47,800 bases of DNA from Perkinsus chesapeaki ATCC PRA-425 (Eukaryota; Protista; Perkinsozoa), in contig JAAPAO010000246.1 of assembly GCA_013115145.1 (NCBI GenBank), positions 1-47,800 of the forward strand, in the 5' to 3' direction. Numbering within the stretch: position 1 is the first letter of the stretch; every line of letters begins with the position of its first letter. Under the pieces are notes generated by a model, which was given only the letters and a program-made list of their open reading frames with translations, was not told the DNA's origin and ran no database searches. This document shows, in pieces, positions 12,301-24,187 of this stretch. A program made the position numbers and the translations under genes.

Positions 12301-12886
12301 GCCGATGCAAAGGAGGTCGTTTCCGTGCCCATCATCATAGCTGTTTGGCCAGGCGGCCAGTGCGGTGATCTGATGCTCTCAATACACGATTTCCACGGTA
12401 GCCGTTACTCTCTTCTGTATGTTCAGCTCTGTTACTTTCCTCTCGCCATTTTTCATTGGTGTTAGTATAAGTATCTACTTTAATAGGCTATCGCTGCATG
12501 GGTTTAAGATACGCTGAGGGTTCTCTAATAACACTTGAAATCATATTGAGAGGAGTCTCATCCGACTTGGGTCTCTATATAGCCGTTCGGTGCTCCGACT
12601 TTCAGACTTACGTCACGTGGTTTTGCTGTTAGCGCGATCAAGCGATGTACAAAACGGTTTTGCTTAATTTACGTACGACATTAGATAGCTCATCAAGCCG
12701 GGCAAAAAACACAATATCCCCGTTGACCACCTTCCCTTGAGCCGTTCCCAGTGCTAAGCTCATTGGCAACTCTCCATCTATAGTGATGAACCTCCCAACT
12801 GCAGCCAAGCCACGGAGGACAGAGTGTTCCCCCTTTATAACAAAGTCAAGGAATGGTTCGAGGTATATTTGTTTATTTAGCCCCAT
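9306..12886 (-). CDS. BBS2: Bardet-Biedl syndrome 2 protein (BBSome subunit), multi-exon
   Basis: Exons match BBS2 throughout: AVGRF..LALGTAQGKV, FAYGLANGTVGVY, IGWMNGLVEVR..GKVIFK, VRAEDLRL, RRKNHEALL, LRVGKSQARVITACKQAI. ATG at 12886, stop at 9306-9308. Confidence 0.92.
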
Positions 12887-13582
12887 AACTGGCAATGTTC
12901 TGTGAGAGATAGATGAAGCCTTGTTAACGCAATGCCAATGAGAGATATTGAGAATTGCCAAATGTAGAGGAGTATTTTAAAAAGCGAAAGAACGAGTAGT
13001 GCTTATGTTAGATGCATTATCTAATCAAGTCGGAATATTTTGCTCAACTGTTTGCGCCATGAAGTTTCCTGCCATGGAATCCCGGGTAGCTATGGCGAAC
13101 AGGGATCGTAACGCTCGGCGCTCAGTATCAAATCATCCAGGTATAAAGAGGATATACTTCCCATACGCAAGCCACGGGAACTTCCGGAAGGAGCGGCGCC
13201 ATGTCTCTTCCCTTAACAGCAACATACGAAACGGAATGTTCGGCCCCACTGTAAGTAAGTAACCCTGAACCTCACTGATCCATGCTAACCACAAAGCCCA
13301 ACCTTCTTCCTAGCATTTTAAGCCGTCAATTGCTCAGCGGCCACCGCAGTAGAGCGGAATAAGGAGGAACACATGATGAAAGCGCGGCGATAAACGATTA
13401 CATCCTGCCCCCCCAAAAATGGCAATACAACTACAACTTTGTAATCGTCGGGAGCGTATGGAATATGTACGATCGCATACGAGTCGGATTGAGGAAACGA
13501 CCTCAAACCATGACATAGCTTACAGTGGTGGGAAAGCCGATGGATAAATTATTCCTGGCAATTCCCAGGGAGCGTAAACTCG

Positions 13583-13609
13583 CGCCGTGGAGTACTGGAG
13601 CTAAGCTTT
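13583..13609 (+). promoter_or_regulatory. Conserved upstream block of 6-Cys paralogue 2 (candidate cis-element)
   Basis: CGCCGTGGAGTACTGGAGCTAAGCTTT, about 70-100 bp before the ATG. Matches 16953-16980 at a similar distance from paralogue 3. Confidence 0.45.
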
Positions 13610-13679
13610 GTTAAATGGCGAGCTGCGGAGGCCTTCAGAATACATTCATTCGTTGTTGTTATTATTATTCGGATAAGCT

Positions 13680-14096
13680 ATGCGTTATCTCGTGATATCC
13701 CTTTGTATCCTTGCTTTGGCTGAGGAAGTGTTCGGAGAGTCTAAGTGCCCTTCGGGTGATGACCAATGTAACAACGAGCACCCAGGGTCGTATTGCAAGT
13801 ATTGGCAACGCAAAGGAGCAACTTGCCAGTATACCGACACCGCTTGCTCATGCACTACTCCTTCCCCCACTGGTCCATCCCCTACTGGTATCCCGTGTCC
13901 TGATGGAACTGCTTACTGCCAGCAGCAGACTGGTGATATGAGTTCGTACTGCAAGGCCGCATACACGCAAGGATCCGGTGGTGTGTGCCAAGGTGGAAAT
14001 CAGGCGTGCACATGCGGCGGATCAACTACATCCGAGCCTACCACTTCACCCGTGACTCCGACCCATCCTCCACAGCCAACTACGACCAAGCCATAG
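13680..14096 (+). CDS. Small secreted tandem 6-Cys repeat protein (paralogue 2)
   Basis: Intronless 138-aa ORF with a signal peptide, two 6-Cys modules and a Thr/Pro tail. Confidence 0.9.
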   Translation: MRYLVISLCILALAEEVFGESKCPSGDDQCNNEHPGSYCKYWQRKGATCQYTDTACSCTTPSPTGPSPTGIPCPDGTAYCQQQTGDMSSYCKAAYTQGSGGVCQGGNQACTCGGSTTSEPTTSPVTPTHPPQPTTTKP

Positions 14097-16952
14097 GCCA
14101 CATATTGGATATTTGATTAATATTCCGACACTTCTCGAAGATGCGACGGTGTAAGTCTGCTAAGGTGTCAGCAGCTCCGTCACAGACACTTATCAAAATC
14201 CTTAAACTCGGTATTTATTATATCACGCATAGAAGTAACTGCTCTCTCGTCTTGAGCTTCTCATCTTCCATCACTTCTATCTTTAAATACATGTTGTTTC
14301 GTTAGTAGTAAGCAGCTACCTAAGTGATCGCTACCGAAACGCGTTTCGTGCCCATACCGTCCCTTCTCCTGGCAAGCGTTTCGCGAAATGCTCGACGGGG
14401 GTGTTTACTCCTAGCTCGCCATATTGAGAAGGCCATGAAGACTATAGACTTACGGTAAACTCGATACCGACGTACTTTTTGTTCGATCCCGCTGGAACAG
14501 AAGGAGAACCAAACGCTGATCTGGATACCTCTGGATCTGGCATGGCAAGGCGAGGATGCCTCCACAATAGGTTCATATAATATATCTATGGGATCTTCAA
14601 GCTCAGTTTAGTCGTGCACACTAAAAGATCCTCGATAAACTACTGAAAGCAATAAGTCTGCAGCGAGCCGAGTGTTATGGCTTTAGAGTCTTCTTACGAA
14701 GCCATCTGGTCCAACTGAGTGAATAGTGTAACTCATTTCCGACATTGAACTATAACCTCACACACCTACGAAGCTATCTCGTCCGGTTCTACAAACCGCC
14801 AGAAAGCCCGAGGCTTTCATCTAAACCAGACTTGGTGAGGAACGTTCAATGTAAAATGGAGAGACCGCTCCACTTTCATAACAATTTCAATATTCTAAGA
14901 GCGGCCCGAGACGGGAACATTATTCGGCTACCGATAATCCTAAGCTGTTAGTAGCCACTGGTGTTACTTATTGAACGATATTGCCAACAGGGCTAGGCAC
15001 CAAAGAACACTTTATTTTTAAACGATAGCAGTCTGCAAAGACGACTGTGAACTGCCACATACACTATACTCCTAGGGACCTCGGAAGAGGATCTATGGAC
15101 CTAGCTTGAGATTGTCGTGGTGCTCATGTTCAAGGTTGTGCAGCAGCCATGCAGGGTGGACTATACGGTATACTGCACAGCTTGTCGGCCTCTTCTAACA
15201 AACACACGGTAAAAGGACCGACATAGTATCTACAAAGACTCAGCTGTCATACGAGCCGTAATTCAGACAGACCAGGAACCTTGTCAGACAGCAATGGGAA
15301 AATTTGATAGCGTCAGTCCGGCCGGCACCGAGTCATAGGAGTCCACGGAAACAGAGTGCAGTACAGTGTGGACGGTTTATAAAGAGAGTCGTCGTCTCCT
15401 TATCAGGGCAACTAGTGCATGCTGGGAAGGTCGTTGCTTGGGGAAACAGTCGTCAGGCAAAACGCATGACACGGCGAGCCTTACCGGTAGTGTCCTTTGT
15501 TGAGCGGTGGCTCATCCAGGCTCCTCATGAGCCTTCCCTCTTGTGGTGCCATATAGTATATCGTAATGTTACAGATGCCTCATTGTAAGGATGCAGACCT
15601 AGCAGGATTGTAGTAGTATAGGCTAGCAGGCAGCCTCAACTAGGCTTGAGGCCCTTCTACACGTCACTCATGGACCATGAGTCATGTTAACAGATCAACA
15701 GATATAGTAACCGATGTTGAAGCCGCAGAAGTGCTCCCTCGATCAAATCGGTCTAAACGGTGATGCAAATGAAAAGAAAAGTCCGGATTGAGCGCCACTG
15801 GGAATACTGGAAAGTGCGTCAATCTGACATTGTCAGAGGCCTCATCTCCCAGCGCGTCATATTCAGCGCGAGAGTATCTTTCTGGCATTTGAGCTCTAAA
15901 GTTTCCTCGTCGCTCTTTAATGAAGGTAAACGAGCACGAGCGTAGCCACGAAGCAGGTATTATAGTGCGTCACATCTGAGTGTCGTGATGAATGACTGGT
16001 TGTATTAGTTGATAAACTCGGTAGGTTAACGCGAATGGAATCGAACAACTGAGTTTACAAACCAGGTAACCGTTTCCTGTGTGTGTAAGCGAGCCTTCGA
16101 AGCAGGGCTTGGAGAGCCCTAAAGAACAGTTGTGGCCCAAAGTGAGCCCATGTCAGTGCTGCTGCTCAATCCGACTCGCTGGTGGTTTTATTCGGGCATT
16201 TGCTCCACTGTTCACACGCCAATGGCAACAGAGGAAGTTTCGTGATCAACCTGCCGGTATGTGTACGGTATCCACACCTGCGATGTGCGAAAGCCAACTG
16301 AATGTTTTCCCCGGTTTCATGGGCGTCGACGTATAAGCTGTCCCGAATTGAAAGAGGAATAGAACATCACGGTATGAGCCATAACGTACAGCGAATTATA
16401 TAAGCGAATGCAGCCGTCTACTCTCGAAACCCAAACAAGTTCCAGTTTCGGAGAATCCTCGTTGGTGGATCGCATTCGACTGGGACTGGCACAGATCTGA
16501 CGATGGGCGTGGCGCAGACCTCGGGCAAGGGGCGACGCCGTGTCTCCTCTCAAAAGCAAAATGCGAAACAGAACGTATGGTCTCGCCCTGTGGCTGGGAC
16601 CAAACCTATCTGACTGGCACTAATGCTTCAGCGTGTTTTGGTGTCTAGAACGGAACGTTGTTAGATTCTCAAAGGTTGCCGCATGAAGGGAGCGGATGAT
16701 TGTCCAACACAATATGTGCGGATGATGACGAATGAGGGCGCTCTCCTACTGTGGCAGCACAACTGTGATACAATGAACTTAACACAAACACGGTGTTGGA
16801 GAGGTTCATATAAAGCAACTAAATAAAGTTATCAACATCCAGAAGTCAGAAGGGGTTTTTATCAGTCAGAAGATCTCGAAGTCCGAGCTTTCTTATGGTG
16901 TATAATGGTGGGCCAATGGTTGCGGCAGGTTACCATGGACGGCGCCATTTGT

Positions 16953-16980
16953 CGCCACGGAAGTGCTGAAGCTAAGCTTT
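16953..16980 (+). promoter_or_regulatory. Conserved upstream block of 6-Cys paralogue 3 (candidate cis-element)
   Basis: CGCCACGGAAGTGCTGAAGCTAAGCTTT, similar to 13583-13609. Confidence 0.45.
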
Positions 16981-17042
16981 AGTGGATTTGGGGCTTCGGA
17001 AACATTTCCAATTACCATTAGTTTCCCTCATTTGTATCTACA

Positions 17043-17456
17043 ATGCGTTATACCGCCATTTCCGTCTGCCTGGTCGCCTTGGCTGAGGTTGTCTCCGGAA
17101 GCAGTTGCCCTTCTGGTGATGCCCAATGCGCTGCTGAGCAAGAAGGGTCATACTGCAAGGCTTATGCCGCAGGACAAACTGAAGGGGTCTGCCAGTTCAC
17201 TGATACCCCATGCTCATGTGCTCCTACTCCTCCGCCAACCCCTACTGGTGGCGCATGCCCTGATGGAGACGCTTACTGCCAGCAGCAGACTGGTGATATG
17301 GGCTCGTACTGCAAGGCCGCCTACACGCAAGGAGCCGGTGGTGTGTGCCAAGGTGGAGATCAGCCGTGCACATGCGGCGGATCAACTACATCGGAGCCTA
17401 CCAGTCAGCCTCCGATGACGACCGGCACCCCAGAGAGTACACCCGCCGACTTCTAG
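17043..17456 (+). CDS. Small secreted tandem 6-Cys repeat protein (paralogue 3)
   Basis: Intronless 137-aa ORF with a signal peptide, two 6-Cys modules and a Ser/Thr/Pro tail. Confidence 0.9.
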   Translation: MRYTAISVCLVALAEVVSGSSCPSGDAQCAAEQEGSYCKAYAAGQTEGVCQFTDTPCSCAPTPPPTPTGGACPDGDAYCQQQTGDMGSYCKAAYTQGAGGVCQGGDQPCTCGGSTTSEPTSQPPMTTGTPESTPADF

Positions 17457-17768
17457 AAAGATTATTATTATTATAACTCGCGTATGCAGCCAGGGTTGCT
17501 GTAAGCCGCCGCCTCCACTATGTGATAATGGTATATTGGTGACTGCCTGCTAGGTTGGCAGGTGCAGCTACACCGCCGCGTGTGCTTCAAAAACGAAGCT
17601 GAATCCATTATTGACGAGTTTGTTATTAAGATATTCATTGACAATAATGTCATCTCACTTTGAGCTTCTTGCTCTCAACAAGCTGCTCATCATATTCTCT
17701 ATTTCTCTCATGTTCTTGAGTTGGTCGTAAAAAGGAATCGAATAACTCGAAGCATTCGACGAGCTCTC

Positions 17769-18122
17769 AGGAGTGCTGAGCCTAGAATGGCCCCTTCACC
17801 TTGGCGGTAGGAGTGATGAGCCTAGAATGGCCCTTCACGTTGGCGGTAGGAGTGCTGAGCCTAGAATGGCCCCTTCACGTTGGCGGTAGGAGTGCTGAGC
17901 CTAGAATGGCCCCTTCACGTTGGCGGTAGAAGTGCTGAGCCTAGAATGGCCCCTTCACCTTGGCGGTAGGAGTGATGAGCCTAGAATGGCCCCTTCACCT
18001 TGGCGGTAGGAGTGATGAGCCTAGAATGCCTTCCTCCCCTTGGCGGTAGGAGTGATGATCCTAGAATGCCTTCCTCCCCTTGGCGGTAGGAGTGCTGAGC
18101 CTAGAATGGTCCCCTCCACTTG
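17769..18122. repeat. 40-bp minisatellite, about 9 copies
   Basis: Head-to-tail unit AGGAGTGCTGAGCCTAGAATGGCCCCTTCACCTTGGCGGT with minor variants (one 39-bp unit). No unique spacers. Confidence 0.97.
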
Positions 18123-18726
18123 AGGATCCGTTAAGTCGCAAGCGATGTTATCGGCTACTTGTGAGGATCTGCGTCGCAGATTTAGCAAGCCTTGAATAAG
18201 CGAAGGAGGCAGAAAATGGCCCCACTAGTCTACCTCAGTCTTATCAAGGGATGACTCGAGACATTCTGCGGCAGGCTTGCTCAAGTGTAGTATAATACTA
18301 TTGGTAATGCTGTCAGCACACCCCACCATTTGAGGAATCTTGGATAATTCCTACCTGGAGCTCGGACACGGAACGCTCAGTACGCCCTTAGAGCCCTATT
18401 ATAGCTCCCTCACCAATCCACCGATCACATGATCGTTTCTTGTTCGTGGTTTTCTTTCAATTAACAACACAGGAATTGTCCCCTTTTATTGAAGCAACAT
18501 TTCCGACCATTGGTCAGCAGCAGCAGCAGCACGGAGAGGTGTTGGACAGTTTAGTAATGGTAACTTAACAGCAATAGTTTCAAACCACCACCACCACATT
18601 CACAATATACGGGCAACCAAACGTTTCCAGCAAGGATAGAACTCGAGACCTCCTCCATGACAGCCGAACAACACTACCACTACGTCAATAAGGATATAAT
18701 AATCTACACTGTACTATTGTCCCTGA

Positions 18727-20671
18727 TCACATTCTACGCCCGTATGCTGCCCCACCCGGTAGCGAAGTCTCATCAACGTGATGATGACTACTTGTTGTTG
18801 ATGTAGGCGAAAGACCGTCCACAACATTTGTAGATTCAGAGGGGTCCTCCTCCGGTCCATTGGGTGTCGGCCAGTAATCACGATAAGCAAGATGGGAACC
18901 AACAAGGCGAGTTGTTAACCAAGGGTAATAATCACCATCAACATCTCCTCCAAGATACGCCGGAAGTTCACTAGGCTCACCTACATTAACCACAATACTG
19001 ACGACGCGAGTTCGATCCCCGGCTGAGGCATCTTACACACTCCAGAGCACCACTCTACATCACCATCATGTGTGGTGTTAACAAATGTTACAACTTGTGT
19101 TAGCTGTGATGGCAGTAGAGGTGATACAGCTGCCCAAGCTGCACGGAATATAAATGGGGCATCGACGAATAGAACTCTACTGATGTGAGAGATGTGACCA
19201 AGACCGCACGCCCTGAAATTCATCACATCCGCAACAACAAATGATAATACACTATTTCACCAAGGCGCCTTTGGGAAAGTTACACCGCAAAGATGATGGT
19301 ATGATGAAAACAGAAGTTTGACAGTAAAAGTTAACCGTCGTGAGTCTGTCGCGGTTGGCGGCATTCCTAAGATGTCTTACAGTGCTCCTTTTTTGATGTC
19401 CCCAACGTTGAGAGTGATGTTCCTCACACCAATGCCAGCAAAATCATATACAAGGCAAACACCAAGCCTGACCGATGCTGGATCAGCCAACGCTGCATCT
19501 AGGGCCATCCAAGTTGACTTTACACCTGAACAGGGAAACCTGAACATGCCGGATGGAGACTCTCTTCAGACTTGTTGAGAGGAGTAAATAGAGTTCCAAA
19601 GCCCAGCCGACAGTCTCAAAGAGATGAGACTAGTGGCGGTATGTATAAATGTTATATTAGATCATATATAGCAATTATCATTACAGTAATCATAAACCAT
19701 GACGCTCACTAGAATGCCTTTCAGCCGTCTTGGGCAAAAACAAGATTTTATATTGCTGCAGGAGATGAGGCCCTCTACGTTACTCACCACACAGGATAGG
19801 AATTGTTGCCGGTGTCATAAACCTCATCCTCACCCAACCCATTGGACGACCATCCAGATCGCGGCCAGCTTTCACACTAAAGCCTGACACGACAGATAAA
19901 AGTCACCGAACCACGACAAGCCTCACCAGCGCTGAAGTTTCTTTGCACTTCCGTCTCTGCGATTTCCCGTATAGGAAGCTTCTTGAGAATATCCTCGTGA
20001 CGCCAAGCCTACCGAAACTGATTCCACCAAGTCGACATGAGATATCTTACGAGTGCTTCAGCTTTATTCACATCTAGGTTACGAGCCCATGCTAGCTTAA
20101 GCCAATCATGTGTAACATACCTAACCCGGCTACCATCCCTCCTACTGACCTGCTATGACTACCTCCTCGTATAGTCCAAATTCTTAAGCCGTTCCCTCAG
20201 TTCCCGAACGCATGTTAGCTCATCGGGCGTTAAATCCCCATCGCTCTTGCACAACATCGGTACCTATGTTATTAAGTCAGTACTCAACAGTTAACGTTAA
20301 GTCATTACTTCGATACTTGGCATCACTTCACCATTCTCCATCCGCTCTAATAAAGGCTCGTTCAGATCCGACCTGACCAGTATGGGCGCAGGTTCGATTC
20401 CCAGTACCGGCATTTTACCCTGTTGATACAGTATAGAAGCTTTGCACCGAATCCAGCCTTCGTCTTCCTGGTGTCACCACCGGGCTGCTGTGATGTTTCG
20501 ATGCAGCTATCATCGCACCACTTTGGGCTCTCCACCTAGTCCATTCCCAATATTACCGCGCGCCACTAAATTGTACTACTTTGCCCTAGCCGCTCTGAGT
20601 GTGCTCGACTCCTTCATTTGTTGTCTCATATTTTTTGTCTTCTTTAAATAATTACACAACAGCCATCCCAT
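18727..20671 (-). CDS. CRAL-TRIO/Sec14-type lipid-binding protein, multi-exon; start approximate
   Basis: Exons include LTPDELTCVRELRERL, GVCLVYDFAG, RVLFVDAPFIFRAAWAAVSPLL and ELPAYLGG, which are CRAL-TRIO signatures. Stop at 18727. Confidence 0.85.
19006..19036 (+). other. tRNA 3'-end-like fragment inside minus-strand intron 18981-19036
   Basis: GCGAG TTCGATC CCCGG CTGAGGC A TCTTAC: B-box T-loop, acceptor-strand-like 3' end and trailer. TCTTAC is the intron donor GTAAGA on the minus strand, and splicing preserves the CRAL-TRIO frame (SGV-C-EPSELP). Confidence 0.7.
20388..20418 (+). other. tRNA 3'-end-like fragment inside minus-strand intron 20373-20418
   Basis: GCAGG TTCGATT CCCAG TACCGGC A TTTTAC. 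TTTTAC is the donor GTAAAA on the minus strand. Removing this 46-nt intron keeps an open frame (VST-G-SDLNEPLL). Confidence 0.7.
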
Positions 20672-22299
20672 GTACATCGCAAAGCCACATAGTACCACAG
20701 TGTGTACCTGAGAGCCATCGCCAAACGTATCGGCCCCCTGTTCACCAAATCAATTCTGGGATTCAGAATCGATTCCAGCATCGTATTTTGCGTGTAAAAA
20801 GCAGTTCTGGAATCGATTCTGAATTTAATAATGAGTTTATTGAACGACCCCACCACGTTGGATTCCTATTATTAAGTCATTCCCCTGCTTATTCGATCAC
20901 TAGCCCCAATGTTTTAAGATAGGCGGATATCAAGTGTATTAGCTCCTTACACAATGCCATCTGCCGAGGCTTCCGGGAACGAACGAGTCTTTAGAGTTTT
21001 CTGTTTGAAAGTTTGATAAGTCTGCCGGTAACATCGTATGGGCTGCGGCCACAGCAGTTCTCATCCCCCCCCAAATGCTCCGGTTTATGTCCATATTTCC
21101 CTAGTACCTTATAGACCAAAGTATAACCATCGTACTCGATAAACGGCTTGCAGCTATATAACGCAGAGGAGGAATCAACAGACTTCCCAGTGCATGCTAG
21201 ATCAGCCCAAAGCTCTAGCAATACCAATGGAGCATACCTAACCCAATAACAATACTATTGCGGAATAGATAAGCCTGTCGTCTGTCATTCGAGAGGACCC
21301 TGGTTCTATTCCCATTACGTGCATATTACAGTAAATAGAGGACACAAGCTGTGACGGTTGCTGCTTTACTCTGTTGCATTTCCCACACGAGTAGCGTGAA
21401 ACTGGCGCAACAAATGAGAATAGATCGCATCATGAACCTGATATATGAGTAAAATACGGTATGAAGAGGAGCAGTAATATTACATTGAAGAAGGTGATAC
21501 GTAATACATCTGCTGGGATTTACCGTCAGTTACTAATGACACAACCGAATCAAACACACCCAACATACCGACAATCTGAAAGAGCATTGTTACGTATAAA
21601 TAATATACTCGGATTATTGTTGGGTACTAGCAGTATACTGGAATAGATCCCATTGCTGTGACCGGTCTATCGAACTTGTCGAGTAAGCTGCTCCCGTCCT
21701 ACCAGCCAAATAAATGAGTAAGTCCGTATTGAGTTGGCAAGCCTATTAATATCCAGATTCCTTTGAAACTCGGCATGTGTAGCAGTAGGTGGCAGAGCAT
21801 CAGCTCTGTACTCTGCCGGAGTTAACCCTTCGTTTGGGAAGTACATAATCCAACCTGCCAACGGTAGGGCAGTATGGAGTAGAATAAGCGTTGAGGAAAT
21901 GTAAGAGCGTCTAAGAGAGCAAGAATTTTACAAAGCCCGTTCACCAAAAAACACCCTCTCTCTTCACCAATATGGCGCCACTTGAATGCCGCTTAGAGCT
22001 AGGGGGTGCACCCCTTTGGTAGGCCTCGAGACTCGTCTATGGGCGAGGTAGGACATGAATCGGTAAGACAAAGAGCAAGAAACTAAGGAAGAAAAGGTTA
22101 CAATCCCACCCCCCACGCGAAAAGGACCTATCCATTGCCACAGGTGTAGATGCGGAATACCAATCCCTGCGTAAGCTCCTTAGGAAAGCACACGTCTCCT
22201 TATTCGCAGTTCTCCGTATGGCAGCTACAGGACCGATTCGGAGATGATGATTGAAGTGGAATAGTTATACATTTGTTATGACCTCATATGGCTAATTTA

Positions 22300-23834
22300 T
22301 TACCAGCAATCATAGCAACAGATGACTCAGACTCCGATGATTCGGATTACATTGACAGTGGAGGAAGTAATAAGCTTTGTGGGAACTAGTGTACAGGGAC
22401 CTATAGTGAGGCTCCAGTCGCTTGACAGGTTCGGAGTCATCTGATATAGACGATATTCCACAGGTGGATTCTAACGGGAGAAACAAACGAGATGAAAGTA
22501 TCGATCGGGAATATGTCGACATGAAGGTGAACAGCGGCCCAGTAGTTGATATAGTAAAGGGCACGCCAGGCATTTCGGGACACTCTCTACGCACCACCTA
22601 AAGGAGCTCACCGAGACTTAGTCTGGGAAAGCTTCAATCGGCGGTCGATTGGTCATAGGAAGGTAAGTAAAGGAGTATTGCTGATATGTATGGTGATGGC
22701 TCTGTGATAGGATAGATCATTGGGCACTCTAATGGGGATGCTGGGAAAGGTCTGTTATGTATCAAAGAAAGCAACACCTGAGGAAATAGACATCAATAAA
22801 TTCAAGAAGGTAATAATAGCCAACAGCTATCGGGTCCACGTTCAAACGAATAATTAAAACTAATGTAAAATCGCATTTTTTGAATAACTATAGCTATGTC
22901 AATGTCATTTCCTTTACCCCTTGCATTGAATGTAGAAGAGTAGCTTGTATTGTCACGCATCCTTCTTCAAGAGCCTTTCCGTTCAAAGGCCCATCCGAAA
23001 CGGGCTTCCCGACGTAATCTTTGCGTTGCCCAATCACTGAGAAGGTTACTGGAAATAATGGAAATACTCAGTGAACAGCAGCCTGTCGGTTAAATTCGCA
23101 TTTGGATGGCGGCATCTGTTGAGGATCACCTTCAGGAAGCTCGAGCCGAGGGTCTTCATCAGTCCACAGCGTCGCATGTCATGTCCGTTGGAGATGTTCT
23201 TGAACGAGTTCGTAAAGCCGACAAGCTTGAAATAGATTCCCATATGAAGTATGCAGGGCAGACAGTTAGGTAATGGTAATATTGGTTGCTATTACGATGA
23301 TGTGATTCGCACAGTGTTAAACGTGTGGTGTCTTCTACAAGTGCAGAAGGACGTAAGCATTTGAGGAAAGCTGAGATTGAAGAGAAAAACGCTTTCGGCG
23401 TGTCGCTTGGTTCCCTCGATGCCTATCTGAGATCCCTCAAGGCTGGACAGGTAATATGGAAGGGAGCTCTGAGAAGCATTCTGTGCTGATTGGCCGCCGC
23501 TCATCTGGCATTACACCGTGAAGTTAATCTGTGAAAGTTGTAATTTCAGTCTACTGAATGCTTGTTCGGGACAAACTCATCAAACAGGTCACTTCTGTGG
23601 AGAAGTCGTCAGCTGAATGGAGCCGGTTTAAAGCATCTAATGAGCTCGATGATGCTTTTGAGAAAGACCGACGTGATGGTTATCTTCACAAGCGAGCATT
23701 TCTTGAGGCTGCTGATGAGCGAGGGTACGATAGCCGAGTTGGTAGAGTTGAATGACATTCTGCATGGTAGGTACGAAGCTAAACAAGCTGCGGAAAAAAG
23801 AGCACGGCGCAGTGACCCTTCACATAACGTCTAA
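22300..23834 (+). CDS. CFDP1: BCNT/CFDP1 (Swc5-like) family protein, multi-exon; start approximate
   Basis: Acidic N-terminal DDSDSDDSDYID, MKYAGQTVSVKRVV (cf. FAGEEVRVTKEV), and the BCNT-C motif TSVEKSSAEWSRFK..RDGYLHKRAFLEAADERGYE. Stop at 23834. Confidence 0.75.
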
Positions 23835-24187
23835 CCTTTTTTCTAGAACTAACGGGATTGTGTTCAAGTTTGGGACTTAAAAAGCCAGTGGGCAAGTATC
23901 CCTGCACTCTTCACCGATCCAAACCAGACTCTATACGGTCCGAAATCTAGTGAAGAACGTAACTGTAACTGAACCGCGGCGCAAACACTAACAAATGTTA
24001 TTACCTGAGCGATACAATTACTATTTACAAATAGACAATATTTGTAATCCAGATGACATATCAAGAAGTGGTGCTATTACTGGTATACTTATAACTTTGA
24101 ATGAATTGAAGAGAAGGTGCGTTGCATCATCTCACATCTCGTATGCCATGTCTGAGACATGATGTCTCACTGTCACCATATCCATTA

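Noticed and set aside
13318-13516. HIPYAPDDYKVVVVLP, reminiscent of a serpin strand motif
   Set aside because: An isolated short match; no adjoining serpin exons could be assembled.
14200-16900. Short ORFs between 6-Cys paralogues 2 and 3
   Set aside because: Stops in all frames and no recognisable domain. Probably decayed gene or TE sequence; left unannotated.
17769-18122. CRISPR-like array
   Set aside because: Units are contiguous with no unique spacers, there are no cas genes, and the context is eukaryotic.
17769-18122. Repeat readable as 21-nt micro-exons (NGPFTLA) separated by 19-nt GT..AG micro-introns
   Set aside because: One unit is 39 bp and would frameshift. The introns identified elsewhere in the window are at least ~45 nt, and there are no flanking exons.
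20950-21960. ORFs on both strands, including a GNIVWAAA motif suggestive of a METTL21-like methyltransferase
   Set aside because: No downstream LELGxG motif was found, and neither strand nor exon structure could be resolved.
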